Notes: generated by a model not told the origin, from the letters alone. A stretch of DNA of 55,093 bases from an uncultured virus (IMG/VR IMGVR_UViG_3300015171_000006) (IMGVR_UViG_3300015171_000006:1-55093); one strand, 5' to 3'. Numbered from the stretch's first letter, positions 26,270 to 36,334 are shown. A program made the numbers and translations.

Positions 26270-28255
26270 TTATGCTGCCTGCTCTATCCTTAATTGCTTA
26301 TCAGGCTTGGAAGCAATAAGGCTTATCAGCTGGCTTTCACTTTCCGGGATGATAAATACACTCTCCCTGTTATCAATAAAAATGGGTGCTGAAATATTAT
26401 GGTGCCTGCACAGGGTATTTATGATGTCAACGCCGGCCTGTATCTTGCTTGCAGTGTTGGCATCAGCATAAGGAACGCCGTTTATCAATGTTTCGCAACA
26501 CGGCTCCTGGCCACCATTTATTTTATCGCGGAACATTTTAAACTTTACAATGGTAAACATGCTGTTAACCCTGCTTTCCAGCATATCCATCTTGGCCTTT
26601 TCAAATTGCATGATAGAAAATTCAATTCCTTCCAGCCGGGCCAGCTCCTGCGCCATGCTGCTTTCCTGGGTATGTAATTCTGCAATGCGAGCTTCTATTT
26701 TTTCACGCTGTCCTTTTGATGATAGTTGTTGTTTTAAATCATCTATCCCATTTTGAATAGTTGATTTTTTAGCAAGCAAATCAGCATTATCATCTGCATT
26801 TATTGGAGCCTTAATTTCATCATTCAATGAAGCTATTTGCGCTTTAAGATTTTTAAGATTTTCATTAGCAGCAATGGCATTTTGAAAAGCCAGATCATCA
26901 TTTGCAGAAAGGTTTAAATTTTCTTCCTCAACAAAAGAAATTTTAAGTTTTGTTTCATTGATAGCGATCTGCAATGCTTCATCTTCGGCTTTTAATTTTT
27001 CAATAGATTGATCAATATAGGCAATGCTCTCATTTACTTTTTTACCCTCTGCAGTAACCGATGCAAGCCTGGTAGATTTGTCCTGATTAAAGTTGCTTTG
27101 CATCTGTGCTTTCTTTGCTTCCACATCAGTTGCTTCATACGGCCTTTTACATGCCGGGCACATAAATTCATTTTCTTTAAATTCAAGCTTTTCAGAATCA
27201 ATGGCTGTCCATTTGGTTCTCAACTCCTGCTGCTGGGTAAGCAATGATTTTTTGCGTGACTGATCATTTGAAACGGCAATGGCATTGCGTGAAGCTTCAT
27301 CCAGCTTATCTTTTAAAGTGCGCTTTAAGTTTAAAATTTTTTGCTCCCTTTCACGCTTATTATCCTGCACTTTATTGCGTTCTGCAAACTCAATATTATT
27401 AACCTCTGATGTAAGTGAATGCACCTGCCTTACCTTATCATTTACTGCCTGCTGCTTTTGCTGCAGGGCGAGTGTTTTATCATTAATAAGCGCTTCCACC
27501 TGCTGCAATCCTGCTTTTTCTGTTTCAAGCTGTGCTTCAATAGCAGCGTAGTTTACAAAATCAGGCAGGCTTCTTTTTGCTTCATCAATGCGGGAAGGGA
27601 GAAGATCCTTTTCATCACGAATCAGTTTCTTTTTAGCGGCAATCTCATTGCGGTATTCATACAAAGTTTTCTTTGCATTTAATGCAGTTATAAGGCTGGT
27701 AAAGTCTATACCGGTGATGGCATCAAATACCATTTTGTTGGTAATTTCACCGGCAAGCTTTTCCAGTACCGATCTTCTGTCCTGCCAGGCAAGGGTTGCA
27801 AAATAGCTTGTATTGGTAATAAGCTTAAATAGCCCTTCATCCAGTATGCTGGCTATTTTCTTTTTAAATTCAGTTTCATTAAGAGGTACATCATTCCAAA
27901 AGAAATCCTGCTTATGGCCGCTAAAGGTTTCTGTGGCCGTGCCTTTTTTAGTAGGCCAGTTTTCTTTGTAAGATCTTCTTATAGTTACTTCATCACCATT
28001 CACTTCAATTACAGCAGAAACCTCATGGCTCATTTTATGGAACGCCTGGTTATTGCTGTCCAGCGTTTTGATATTAAAATCGGTTCTGTCCGCAGAATTT
28101 TTACCAAACATCAGCCATAAAAAGGCATCCATAATGGTAGTTTTTCCGGTGCCGTTATCACCAAAAATATTAGTGATATTGCTGAAGATAATTGTGCTCT
28201 CTCTTGCTCCTTTGAAATTCAGGAGCTTCATCTGTTTTAAAATTATTTTATCCAT
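26270..28255 (-). CDS. SbcC/Rad50-like coiled-coil ATPase
   Basis: L.NFKG, Walker A GDNGTGKTT, CPAC zinc hook, PIFIDNRES. Confidence 0.9.
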   Translation of the reverse strand: MDKIILKQMKLLNFKGARESTIIFSNITNIFGDNGTGKTTIMDAFLWLMFGKNSADRTDFNIKTLDSNNQAFHKMSHEVSAVIEVNGDEVTIRRSYKENWPTKKGTATETFSGHKQDFFWNDVPLNETEFKKKIASILDEGLFKLITNTSYFATLAWQDRRSVLEKLAGEITNKMVFDAITGIDFTSLITALNAKKTLYEYRNEIAAKKKLIRDEKDLLPSRIDEAKRSLPDFVNYAAIEAQLETEKAGLQQVEALINDKTLALQQKQQAVNDKVRQVHSLTSEVNNIEFAERNKVQDNKREREQKILNLKRTLKDKLDEASRNAIAVSNDQSRKKSLLTQQQELRTKWTAIDSEKLEFKENEFMCPACKRPYEATDVEAKKAQMQSNFNQDKSTRLASVTAEGKKVNESIAYIDQSIEKLKAEDEALQIAINETKLKISFVEEENLNLSANDDLAFQNAIAANENLKNLKAQIASLNDEIKAPINADDNADLLAKKSTIQNGIDDLKQQLSSKGQREKIEARIAELHTQESSMAQELARLEGIEFSIMQFEKAKMDMLESRVNSMFTIVKFKMFRDKINGGQEPCCETLINGVPYADANTASKIQAGVDIINTLCRHHNISAPIFIDNRESVFIIPESESQLISLIASKPDKQLRIEQAA

Positions 28256-28292
28256 AACTTTGCTTTTATTTAAGGATTGAAATTTGTTTTTT

Positions 28293-28323
28293 AAAAGCTG
28301 GCCGCTGAATACGACCAGCTTTT
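28293..28323. terminator. Terminator-like hairpin
   Basis: AAAAGCTGG...CCAGCTTTT. Confidence 0.55.
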
Positions 28324-28347
28324 AGTTTTTGAAAAAAGAAGAATGGC

Positions 28348-28425
28348 TTACTCTTCATCAGCCGCCTCATCAGAGGTTTCTTCTTCATCATCTTCAAGGT
28401 CTTTCGGACCGTAGTTAATGTTCAT
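28348..28425 (-). CDS. 25-aa highly acidic peptide (not in ORF track)
   Basis: MNINYGPKDLEDDEEETSDEAADEE*; AT-rich leader; co-oriented. Confidence 0.45.
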   Translation of the reverse strand: MNINYGPKDLEDDEEETSDEAADEE

Positions 28426-28447
28426 ATATGATTGGTTTAATGGTGAA

Positions 28448-28600
28448 CTAAACTTCTTTTTTTTCAATAGCATTAGCAATGATTTTAATTTTTGCTATCA
28501 GCACCTCTACTTTTATAAGGGTAAGCGCTTTCATGCCGCCAAGCTCCTCATTGCGCAATTGCTGCAATTCGTCGGCTATTTCATTTAACTGCTGATGCAT
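28448..28600 (-). CDS. 50-aa hypothetical protein (not in ORF track)
   Basis: MHQQLNEIADELQQLRNEELGG...; starts 3 nt after the upstream stop. Confidence 0.55.
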   Translation of the reverse strand: MHQQLNEIADELQQLRNEELGGMKALTLIKVEVLIAKIKIIANAIEKKEV

Positions 28601-28603
28601 CTT

Positions 28604-29011
28604 TTAATATTTGCGTTTAATAACATTTATAGTGATGGAAGTGCCAACCCGACACGTATCGCAGGGCACATCATACAGGCCCTTAACATCTTTAAATTTC
28701 ATGGTGTGGCCCTGCTTATAGGCAATAGTATAGCTGCCGGTTTTATGCAGGGTGGCAGATGGTTTGCAGCTTGCAACAGAGGCCGCAAGCAGCATTATCA
28801 GCCATACATTTAAATCAATTTTTTTAATAGGGTTGCTCCAGGTTATCTTTTGCTGGTCCCTTATATCGCGGTCAATAACTTTGCTTTTTTTCTTAAGCCG
28901 GCTTTGCCGCATTTTAATTTCTATAATAATGCAGATGGTTGTTATAACCATTGCAGCAAGCACCATTAGCAGGGTTAATAAAACCGGGCTTTTAATTATT
29001 TCTTTGAGCAT
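28604..29011 (-). CDS. Membrane protein with internal lipoprotein-like segment
   Basis: Two hydrophobic stretches, the second ending VAS-C. Confidence 0.6.
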   Translation of the reverse strand: MLKEIIKSPVLLTLLMVLAAMVITTICIIIEIKMRQSRLKKKSKVIDRDIRDQQKITWSNPIKKIDLNVWLIMLLAASVASCKPSATLHKTGSYTIAYKQGHTMKFKDVKGLYDVPCDTCRVGTSITINVIKRKY

Positions 29012-29125
29012 ATAAATTATAATTGTATGAAGCGGTGATCATATCTTTTAATGTGAAGAATGGAAGCCCGGAGGCTAAAGCATAAAGCTTTACAATGTGC
29101 ATGTAAGGCACGGCAGGTACGTCTT

Positions 29126-29476
29126 TCATCTGGATGCGGCATTTAAAATATTAAGAGAATCACTTATCACTTTATTTCTTACATGGTCAAAAACAGTATA
29201 TACCTTGTTGTAAGTTTTATCTGGCTTCTGCTCGCGGTATATTTCATACCAGTCAATATCTTCAATGATGTTGTCAAAATAATTTTTAAGGCCAGCTTTT
29301 TTGCAGCTAATAAGCTCAGTAGCATCAATGCTAAGGCCCAGGCGGGTATCTATAATCCTTACAGATATTATTTTATCAATGGTCGTGGTATCAGGGTTGT
29401 AATCAATTACAATTTCAAGGCAATCAGCCGGGCGGCCATCTTTGAAATGTTGAAATGTTTTTGTTAACTTTGCCAT
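29126..29476 (-). CDS. Hypothetical protein
   Basis: 116-aa ORF with AT-rich leader. Confidence 0.65.
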   Translation of the reverse strand: MAKLTKTFQHFKDGRPADCLEIVIDYNPDTTTIDKIISVRIIDTRLGLSIDATELISCKKAGLKNYFDNIIEDIDWYEIYREQKPDKTYNKVYTVFDHVRNKVISDSLNILNAASR

Positions 29477-29527
29477 CTATAAATTTTTAATTGTTGTTGA
29501 AAATTTTATTTAGGCCTTGTTATTATA

Positions 29528-29923
29528 TCAGTAATACAAGGCTTTTTCTATTTTAAGTTTTTCAATTTCCATTTTTAAATCAGCCGCTTCTTTCTTCAGC
29601 GAAGAAATTAACTTCCTGTAATGACTTACGTTCCCTTCATCTGAAATCCATTCTAAGTTTTCAACGCAATTGTTTGACTTGTCACCATCTTTGTGATTAA
29701 CAGAATTTAGACCTTCAATTTTGGCAATAAAACACATAGCAACCAAGCGATGAATTTTATATTTAGACCTAACTTTATTGGTGTAAAGTCCTATACACAA
29801 ATACCCCGTTTTATCTTTAAAGTGTCTAATAATTGATAAGGTTTTATTATTTCTTACCCTACCATAGTTACTCACCGAATAATTATTATTTGTCAATCCT
29901 ATAGGTATCCATGTTTCCATCAA
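29528..29923 (-). CDS. NUMOD4-HNH homing endonuclease
   Basis: ETWIPI...YSVSNYGRVR, IHRLVA, VNHKDGDKSNN...NLEW. Confidence 0.92.
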   Translation of the reverse strand: MMETWIPIGLTNNNYSVSNYGRVRNNKTLSIIRHFKDKTGYLCIGLYTNKVRSKYKIHRLVAMCFIAKIEGLNSVNHKDGDKSNNCVENLEWISDEGNVSHYRKLISSLKKEAADLKMEIEKLKIEKALYY

Positions 29924-30074
29924 GCAAGGCTTTTTTTATTTACAGAACCCTTCATTTTGCGTTTGTAATCATCAAGAGCTTTATCCCATCTCCTTTTATC
30001 CATCTCACGAAGAATGTAAAGCACCGGGCTTTCCGGCTGAGGTGATTTAGTTATGTGTCTTACAATTGCCATCG

Positions 30075-30452
30075 TTAATTAATTTTCGTTTTATCAATAG
30101 CAAGACCTGCTTCTATAAGTCCGAATAAATCAAAGTGCTTGGATAAAAGAAATAACCATTCAATAGATTCGTAAAAGTTTATATTGTGCCTGTAATAATC
30201 AATCACCTGATAAGCTTTTGTTTGTATATCCGTAGGATGGCATAACCGCCAAACTTCAATTGCTTCTTCCTGTGTCATATCACTTAATGGGCGGAGGATT
30301 AGTTTACACTTAGTGAGTATTGCAAGCCAAAGAGATATTTCCTTGTGTGTATCATCAGAACTAATAACCATTTTATTTATAAAGCCATCAGGTAACATAA
30401 CTTCACACCCTAAATACAAATGCAGGTAATCTTTAATTTCTTTGTTTTCCAT
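30075..30452 (-). CDS. Hypothetical phage protein
   Basis: KLILRPLSDMT, HFDLFGLIEAGLAID pattern recognisable from Bacteroidota phages. Confidence 0.75.
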   Translation of the reverse strand: MENKEIKDYLHLYLGCEVMLPDGFINKMVISSDDTHKEISLWLAILTKCKLILRPLSDMTQEEAIEVWRLCHPTDIQTKAYQVIDYYRHNINFYESIEWLFLLSKHFDLFGLIEAGLAIDKTKIN

Positions 30453-30748
30453 TACGCAAGGGCTTTTTTATTTGAAAAATTTTTAGGTTGCTTTGGCCTG
30501 TCTATTATCTTAAAGCCTTCCATCATCCTGTCCAGATCACTTACTTTATAAAAAATCATTTTAGTACCTTTTGCATACACTGATATGCTCTGGCTCATTT
30601 CTCTAAAAAGTCTGTCGCCAATTCCGCAGTAAATGGCTGCCTCTTTTCTTTGCAGATATGCAGGCTGAATCTTTGTAGTGCGTGGTCGTTTTTTAAGAGT
30701 TGTCATTTCAAATAATTTTTTAAAAAGAGAGCTACCTGCTTGCTGCAC
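30452..30748 (-). CDS. Excisionase-like HTH protein
   Basis: YLQRKEAAIYCGIG...FYKVSDLDRMM. Confidence 0.7.
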   Translation of the reverse strand: MQQAGSSLFKKLFEMTTLKKRPRTTKIQPAYLQRKEAAIYCGIGDRLFREMSQSISVYAKGTKMIFYKVSDLDRMMEGFKIIDRPKQPKNFSNKKALA

Positions 30749-30896
30749 AGGCAGCCCTTTATTTTTTATCCCTTTATATTCTGCTTTACTTGCCGCCGCC
30801 GGAGTTTTCTTATTTCGCTGTCATGAGCTAAAATCTTATTGTGCATGCTTTGCTTTTTTAGTTAACAATTGGTTTTCGGAAAAAATATTTAGTGTT

Positions 30897-31247
30897 CTAA
30901 AATTTTGTTTTTTCACTCTTATGAATTTCCAGATGACATGGCCTGCAATACCATTTAACATCCAGAGGTTTATTGTAATCTTCATGATGTGCTTCTGATT
31001 TTGGATTGTGGCAGTTTTCGCAGGGTTGCTTAGTAACTTTGCCTCGCCGTATGTAAACTCCTAAATATGACCTTGCACAATCTTTTTTCTTTTGCTCTGG
31101 ATTTAATTCTGAATAAGTAGGTCGGTTTGCCCTCATCCATTCAGCATGGCATGGGTTGCAATATCTTTTACTAAGAGTTTGTAATTGATTATCACAGTTG
31201 CTACAAGTTGTCTTTATTGCCATTTTAATTTCATTAACCATTTGCAA
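30897..31247 (-). CDS. Zn-finger/HNH-like protein
   Basis: CSNC, CNPC, PCENC, EAHHEDY.KPLDV.WYCRPCH. Confidence 0.75.
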   Translation of the reverse strand: MQMVNEIKMAIKTTCSNCDNQLQTLSKRYCNPCHAEWMRANRPTYSELNPEQKKKDCARSYLGVYIRRGKVTKQPCENCHNPKSEAHHEDYNKPLDVKWYCRPCHLEIHKSEKTKF

Positions 31248-31282
31248 TTCTTATAAAAACCTATTATGTTTGCACTCCCTTT

Positions 31283-31528
31283 CTATCTGCTTTCAGCAGG
31301 TTCAGCCTCAATTAGTAATTCACTATCGTTGGTTATTTTTAAATATTCCTTTAGGGTTCTTAGTGAAGATGCCTGTGTAAGTTTTGGGTCGTTATTATTT
31401 AATAATTGAAGCCCATAAGAAACAGTAGTATCAAGTCCGCCCGGTTCATCCCCAAAAATCTTAGCGAATAATTCAGGCGATTTTCTAATCTTGTCAATAA
31501 TGTCTTTTTTCAAAATCAACTCTGCCAT
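31283..31528 (-). CDS. Cro-like regulator (putative)
   Basis: First gene of the leftward early operon, divergent from the repressor; start re-set to MAELILKK. Confidence 0.55.
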   Translation of the reverse strand: MAELILKKDIIDKIRKSPELFAKIFGDEPGGLDTTVSYGLQLLNNNDPKLTQASSLRTLKEYLKITNDSELLIEAEPAESR

Positions 31529-31568
31529 ATTCTTAATATTTTGTATTTTGTAATTGATATTTCTAATA

Positions 31569-31599
31569 CAAATGTAAAACACATTTTCCAATTGTCAAA
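31569..31599 (-). promoter_or_regulatory. Bacteroidota sigma70-type promoter for the early operon, with overlapping operator-like repeats
   Basis: Minus strand TTTG (31596-31599)-N19-TACATTTG (31569-31576); direct repeats ACATTTT(T)CCAAT at about 31581 and 31600. Confidence 0.7.
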
Positions 31600-31634
31600 A
31601 CATTTTTCCAATAATTTTTAAAAAATATTTTTAC

Positions 31635-32024
31635 GTGTTAGAAAATGAAGGCCAGATTTTACGAAATCGCTTAAAGGGCACAGGCAAGAAAATGCCTGAA
31701 ATAGCATCTATTTTGGGTATGACAAGGCAAAACCTGAATTATCATTTAAGGAAAGAGAAGTTAGATGACGCCTTTAAAAGATTGATAAATGATAAAGAAA
31801 AAGCTGTTTTCCAGTTGGAAAGCATTAAAAAAAAGGAAAGCGCAAGCAAAACAATTGGAGGAATGGCAGAAGACATTCTTTATTTAAAAGCATCCGAAAA
31901 AATTCAAGGTGAACTTCTGTGTAAAATTCTTGCCAAGTTAAATAAAACTACTTTGGAATTTGAATCTGAAGAGTTGGGAAAAAGTGTTTCGGCGGAGGCA
32001 AGCAGGCTTTTCGATGAATTGTAA
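31635..32024 (+). CDS. CI-like HTH repressor
   Basis: KMPEIASILGMTRQNLNYHL helix-turn-helix; divergent arrangement. Confidence 0.75.
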   Translation: MLENEGQILRNRLKGTGKKMPEIASILGMTRQNLNYHLRKEKLDDAFKRLINDKEKAVFQLESIKKKESASKTIGGMAEDILYLKASEKIQGELLCKILAKLNKTTLEFESEELGKSVSAEASRLFDEL

Positions 32025-32397
32025 AGGAGAATACAATTTTTTTCTTTTTTAATTTTTTCTTTAGCATTAGGTATGATTAAACGGATTAAAATAAAGTTAC
32101 TAAATAAAATAGTACTATGTACTAAAATAATTAGTCATGCGGGATATTGGGCTGTTTAATCTTTGAGGGGCAGAAAGTAAATATACTTAGACAAACAAGT
32201 AATACTCTGTAGGAAATTTTCTATGATAAAATAATAAATACATGCAAAATTACAGACCGCAAAATCAGCGTTTACAATTACTTATCTGGCTCTTTAATTT
32301 GCCGGGTTTACTTTATAAAAAACTGGTTAAAAACAAAGAAAATTAAAGGCAGTGTTTAAACAATAGTAAAAAAATGAAAATCTTAACCCATTGCAAA

Positions 32398-32556
32398 GCC
32401 TTTACCAGACTGCATTTGAAGCCATTTGTTAATATACGTGTCGGGGTCACGAATATTAAACCGCTGAAACCCTTTACCAGTGCGGGTTTCAGCGTTTCGC
32501 TCTACGTAAAAATGATACTGCTATGTGGCATATTGATGGCCTATTGATGCCTTATT
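32398..32556 (+). other. Putative attP region
   Basis: TCGGGGTCAC (32441-32450) resembles a tRNA-Arg 3' end; followed by hairpin CGCTGAAACCC/GGGTTTCAGCG; short repeats CCTTTACCAG and TATTGATG; directly upstream of the integrase. Confidence 0.45.
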
Positions 32557-32607
32557 AATTAAAATTTGTTTACACAAAAAAACACCCGCAACCCTGTTTA
32601 AACATTT

Positions 32608-33678
32608 ATGGATAAATTAAACCTTACTCCTACTATTAATCTTCAGCGCCGGGACAAAGACGGCAAGTGTGCTGTGAGAATAAGATCCACCATAAAACGT
32701 AAGGTTACCTACTATCCAACCAGTATAAGTGTTTTTCCTGATCAATTCAAAAACAGGGAAATTGTAAAGCATCCCAATAAAATAATTTTCAACACGGCTA
32801 TCAGAAATAAGATGTATGAAATTGAGCGGGATTATCTTGAAGGAAAACTAACCGGCAAATCTAAAAATACTGATTTTTATGCCTTCTCTCAAAAAAAGAT
32901 AACACAGCAAAAAGGTAAAGATTCTGTGGGTACCTGGAAGCACAAAAAAAGTTATCTGAATAAACTGCAGGAGTTTAAACCAGTTCTGCATTTCTCAGAT
33001 GTTACTCCTTCCTTTATGCTTGATCTTGAAAATTATTGCAGGGCAAAAGGCAACAAGCCAACAACTGTATGGAGCACGGTAAAATTTATAAAAACAATGA
33101 TCAATGCTGCGCTCAATGATGAAGTGATAAGCAGCAACCCGCTGAAAGGTTATAAAGGAAAAGCTTATGTCAATCCTGAGAGACAATATTTAACTGATGA
33201 AGAAATTGAGAAGATTGAAAACTTTGCAGCAACTTCCAAAAATAAAACGCTTGTAAAGGTGTCTTATTGGTTCTTGTTTGGAGTTTTTAGCGGTTTGAGA
33301 TACGCGGATATTAAAAACTTTGATAAGAAAAAAATTATAGACGGCCGCATAATTTTAAGGACTGGCAAATCTGATATTGATGTAAGTATTAAAATTCATC
33401 CCAAACTAAAAAATGTTTTGGATAAAATAAGTCCGGATGTTTTTACCAATCAAAAGATGAATGATTACTTGAAGCATATTGCTATTGCTTGCGGTATTGA
33501 AAAGAATTTAACGATGCATATCGGTCGTCATACACATGCCGTTTATTTCCTCAATCATGGCGGCTCCATGGAAACACTTAGCAAACTGCTTGGCCACTCA
33601 AAAATAGGCACGACATTAATTTATGGCCGGATAACCAATCAGAGGATAGATAGTGAAGTGGACAGAGTTTGGAGTTAA
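32608..33678 (+). CDS. Lysogeny integrase (tyrosine recombinase with arm-binding and SAM-like domains)
   Basis: N-terminal arm-binding pattern; SGLRYAD, K, HIGRHT, LLGHS, Y. Confidence 0.93.
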   Translation: MDKLNLTPTINLQRRDKDGKCAVRIRSTIKRKVTYYPTSISVFPDQFKNREIVKHPNKIIFNTAIRNKMYEIERDYLEGKLTGKSKNTDFYAFSQKKITQQKGKDSVGTWKHKKSYLNKLQEFKPVLHFSDVTPSFMLDLENYCRAKGNKPTTVWSTVKFIKTMINAALNDEVISSNPLKGYKGKAYVNPERQYLTDEEIEKIENFAATSKNKTLVKVSYWFLFGVFSGLRYADIKNFDKKKIIDGRIILRTGKSDIDVSIKIHPKLKNVLDKISPDVFTNQKMNDYLKHIAIACGIEKNLTMHIGRHTHAVYFLNHGGSMETLSKLLGHSKIGTTLIYGRITNQRIDSEVDRVWS

Positions 33679-33740
33679 AAAAGGCCGGTATAGAAATACC
33701 AGCCGCTTATCAAAACTAACTGCTTATGATAAAAAAAAGT

Positions 33741-34340
33741 TTACAAACCTTTCCAGTGAGGTAAATTTAAAACATCACATATCCTGTTATAATTATTTAT
33801 TCTTTCAGATAGTCCGTTGAAACCGCCATTTACAATAAGACAAACCCACTCTTGCGGAGTGTAATCCTTATTACGAATTGTTGAATGAACCTTACCCTCA
33901 ATTCCCATATCTGCATACTTGTTTAAATTTCTGGTAGTCCAATACCAAAAGGCTGATTGCATTGCGCCGGGATATTCGGCTAACTTTTCAGGGTTGTCTA
34001 AAAGAACATAAGCATCATTATAAAGATAATGGCTCACGGCTGCATAATTATTTCTGCCAGTAACTTGTATTAAGCCCCTGCCTTTAAACTTCATTCCGTC
34101 ACCTTTTTGATTATTACCTAATGATAACCGGCCTTCATATTCTGCACCGCTGGCATATTCTGTAGTGGCTTTAAAAGCATTACTCTCATGTATTACTTGC
34201 GCAAAAAAACTTGCAATTCTTAACGGTGTATTTACTTCGTACTTATCAGAAAAAAGATTGAAGTTATCACTTACTACAGGCAATAAATTTGCATGTGTAT
34301 TGGGTGAAAATCTTTGCAGTATGTCAGGTGTAATTGTCAT
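33741..34340 (-). CDS. Endolysin, glycoside hydrolase family 19
   Basis: RIASFFAQVIHES, YEGR..LGN.Q.GDG.KFKGRGLIQVTGRNNY, VNGG.NGL.ER. Confidence 0.93.
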   Translation of the reverse strand: MTITPDILQRFSPNTHANLLPVVSDNFNLFSDKYEVNTPLRIASFFAQVIHESNAFKATTEYASGAEYEGRLSLGNNQKGDGMKFKGRGLIQVTGRNNYAAVSHYLYNDAYVLLDNPEKLAEYPGAMQSAFWYWTTRNLNKYADMGIEGKVHSTIRNKDYTPQEWVCLIVNGGFNGLSERINNYNRICDVLNLPHWKGL

Positions 34341-34537
34341 TATGCGCTCATCTTATTTAAAACAGTTTCTAAAAAATCCTTCTCACTTTTGGTAAGAAGA
34401 TTTTGTTTTCTTTCCGCAATCATTTTTTTGACATCTTTGAATAGATTGTCATAATAATCTACCCTATCCCGAAGATGTTTGGTTGCCTGCTTATACTCTT
34501 CAATCTCGCCTTCAAGTATTTTCTGTTCTGGTGTCAT
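34340..34537 (-). CDS. Small coiled-coil hypothetical protein
   Basis: 65 aa, overlaps the endolysin start. Confidence 0.6.
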   Translation of the reverse strand: MTPEQKILEGEIEEYKQATKHLRDRVDYYDNLFKDVKKMIAERKQNLLTKSEKDFLETVLNKMSA

Positions 34538-34549
34538 GCGGCTTTGGTT

Positions 34550-34864
34550 TTAGTTAAAACATTCCCGGTTTAAATTAATAGGCTTTCTCAATTCTTCTAA
34601 ATACAACAATCTCTTTTCTCTCCAATTTGAAGTATCTCTTACACTCCCGCTTGTTGTATTATCGCCATCTCTTATTTCAAAATAAAAAAATCGCTCACCA
34701 CGAAAATAAAATGGCTGAACCTCTGGCTGCCTTACTTTAGTAATACAGATATTGCCGGATAACGATACTTTAGTATAATATACTTTATTACAGGATTGCG
34801 TGAGCAATAAAAATATAAAACACATCAAAGGTTTCACGCAGCGGCTTGTTGTGATTGTAACCAT
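34550..34864 (-). CDS. Putative lipoprotein (spanin-like position)
   Basis: FIFLLLTQS-C lipobox-like motif in the lysis region. Confidence 0.5.
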   Translation of the reverse strand: MVTITTSRCVKPLMCFIFLLLTQSCNKVYYTKVSLSGNICITKVRQPEVQPFYFRGERFFYFEIRDGDNTTSGSVRDTSNWREKRLLYLEELRKPINLNRECFN

Positions 34865-35310
34865 GATTGATACATGCTTTCAGCCAGAGATGCAGCTTCG
34901 CCGAATGTTACCTTTTGCCCATCCTTTACCTGCTTTAAAAGTTTGTAAATTTTTGCCGCAACTGAAGTATAAAATTCTTCTTTCCTGTCTGTCGAAAATC
35001 CGCCAAAACTATCAACAATTTTTTTAGCCAATGCCTGCACATCCGCCTCTGTTGAGTTTTCATTTATGCCTTGCAAAAGCATTTCATCTGCTAAAATGAT
35101 TGGCAGGTTCTTTCTTAAAATGGTTACAATCTCATTATCAATATTACCAGGGATAAGTCCGGTAACAAGATCAACAATGCCAGAATTTAAGCCATCTTTA
35201 ACAGCTTGCGTTACATCAATTGCGGTTTGTAAAAAAGTGTGATTTGCATTGTGGAATAGGTCTCCTATCCATCCGAATAATTTACCAAAAAAGGTGTGGT
35301 GTTGTGCCAT
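34834..35310 (-). CDS. Hypothetical helical protein (lysis region)
   Basis: 158 aa with amphipathic N-terminus. Confidence 0.7.
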   Translation of the reverse strand: MAQHHTFFGKLFGWIGDLFHNANHTFLQTAIDVTQAVKDGLNSGIVDLVTGLIPGNIDNEIVTILRKNLPIILADEMLLQGINENSTEADVQALAKKIVDSFGGFSTDRKEEFYTSVAAKIYKLLKQVKDGQKVTFGEAASLAESMYQSWLQSQQAAA

Positions 35311-35336
35311 GATTTTTAAATTTTTATGATTAATAA

Positions 35337-35558
35337 TTAGTGACTTAGTTTAATAAGAATATAAAGAATAATACCAGCGAATAAGAACATAGCAGCTATA
35401 ATAAATCTCCATACATTTTTTTTCAAAGGATCATCATAAGGGTTATGCAATTTTCTTACAATAGCCTTTTGCTTGCGCCTCTTTGCTTCCATCTTCATCA
35501 GTTGGCAGAATGAAAGTCCGCTAAACCATTCACGATAATTTTTCATCTTTCGGATCAA
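35337..35558 (-). CDS. Small membrane protein
   Basis: C-terminal TM segment. Confidence 0.5.
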   Translation of the reverse strand: MIRKMKNYREWFSGLSFCQLMKMEAKRRKQKAIVRKLHNPYDDPLKKNVWRFIIAAMFLFAGIILYILIKLSH

Positions 35559-35925
35559 TTATTTTAGGCGCTTCTGTCTTTGTTGTAAAAGGCAAATCTG
35601 CACATGGCTTTTGTAAAAGAGTTCCATTGTCAGTTTCTATTACATGAGGATCCGCTACTGTTAATTTGTTCATCATTAATCCCCAGGCCGCAGCAAAAGC
35701 AACTATCTTTAAAACGATCTTCATACCATTCCCAGGTAATATTTCACTGGCATCAAATGAGAATGTTTTTTGCGCCCAATCAATCACAGTTGGGAGACCT
35801 GATAAGAGAAGCATTATTTTATTTATCCATCCCCAAACCTTAAAGAACTTTGGAGACCGGGCCTGAAACCTTACAAGGTTTTCTCTAAGCCATGCTCCTA
35901 CATCTGATTGCTTTTGTGTGTCCAT
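35530..35925 (-). CDS. Holin-like membrane protein (putative)
   Basis: RFQARSPKFFK followed by two TM segments; upstream of the endolysin. Confidence 0.55.
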   Translation of the reverse strand: MDTQKQSDVGAWLRENLVRFQARSPKFFKVWGWINKIMLLLSGLPTVIDWAQKTFSFDASEILPGNGMKIVLKIVAFAAAWGLMMNKLTVADPHVIETDNGTLLQKPCADLPFTTKTEAPKIIDPKDEKLS

Positions 35926-35929
35926 AATT

Positions 35930-36334
35930 TTATATTATATTGGTTACATCAAGTGCTGTGTGAATAATTATTTTTATGTTTCCTTCCTTGTTTAAAACAG
36001 GATAGCTTTCCGGTGTCCAGTATCTTATCTGAAATTCATCAGTGCCGGGAATTGGTATATCATACCTCACAATTGGCATCAAATCTTTTTGCTTTTTAGT
36101 GATTACATTCATCATACTTTGCATAAGAATATTTTCATTCCTCACCTCTCCGTTTGGGTTATCAGGAAATCTTTCAAACAGTCCATAGCCTACAACATCT
36201 TCTCTTTTCATTCCCAGTGTTTTTAAAAAAACATCAGAAATATCAACAATGGTAAACTTTGGCACATCAGGCGCAAACAAAATATAATTGTGCGCCAGGT
36301 ACTCAAAAACTTCTTTATAATCTACCTCAATCAT
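35930..36334 (-). CDS. Stand-alone PAS-domain protein
   Basis: FTIVDISDVFLKTLGMKREDVVG..LFERFPDNP, RYDIP...F..RYW.P...PVL..EG.IK.IIH. Confidence 0.85.
   Translation of the reverse strand: MIEVDYKEVFEYLAHNYILFAPDVPKFTIVDISDVFLKTLGMKREDVVGYGLFERFPDNPNGEVRNENILMQSMMNVITKKQKDLMPIVRYDIPIPGTDEFQIRYWTPESYPVLNKEGNIKIIIHTALDVTNII

Noticed and set aside
32430-32500. Complete tRNA gene
   Set aside because: Only a 10-nt 3'-end-like match; no cloverleaf upstream.
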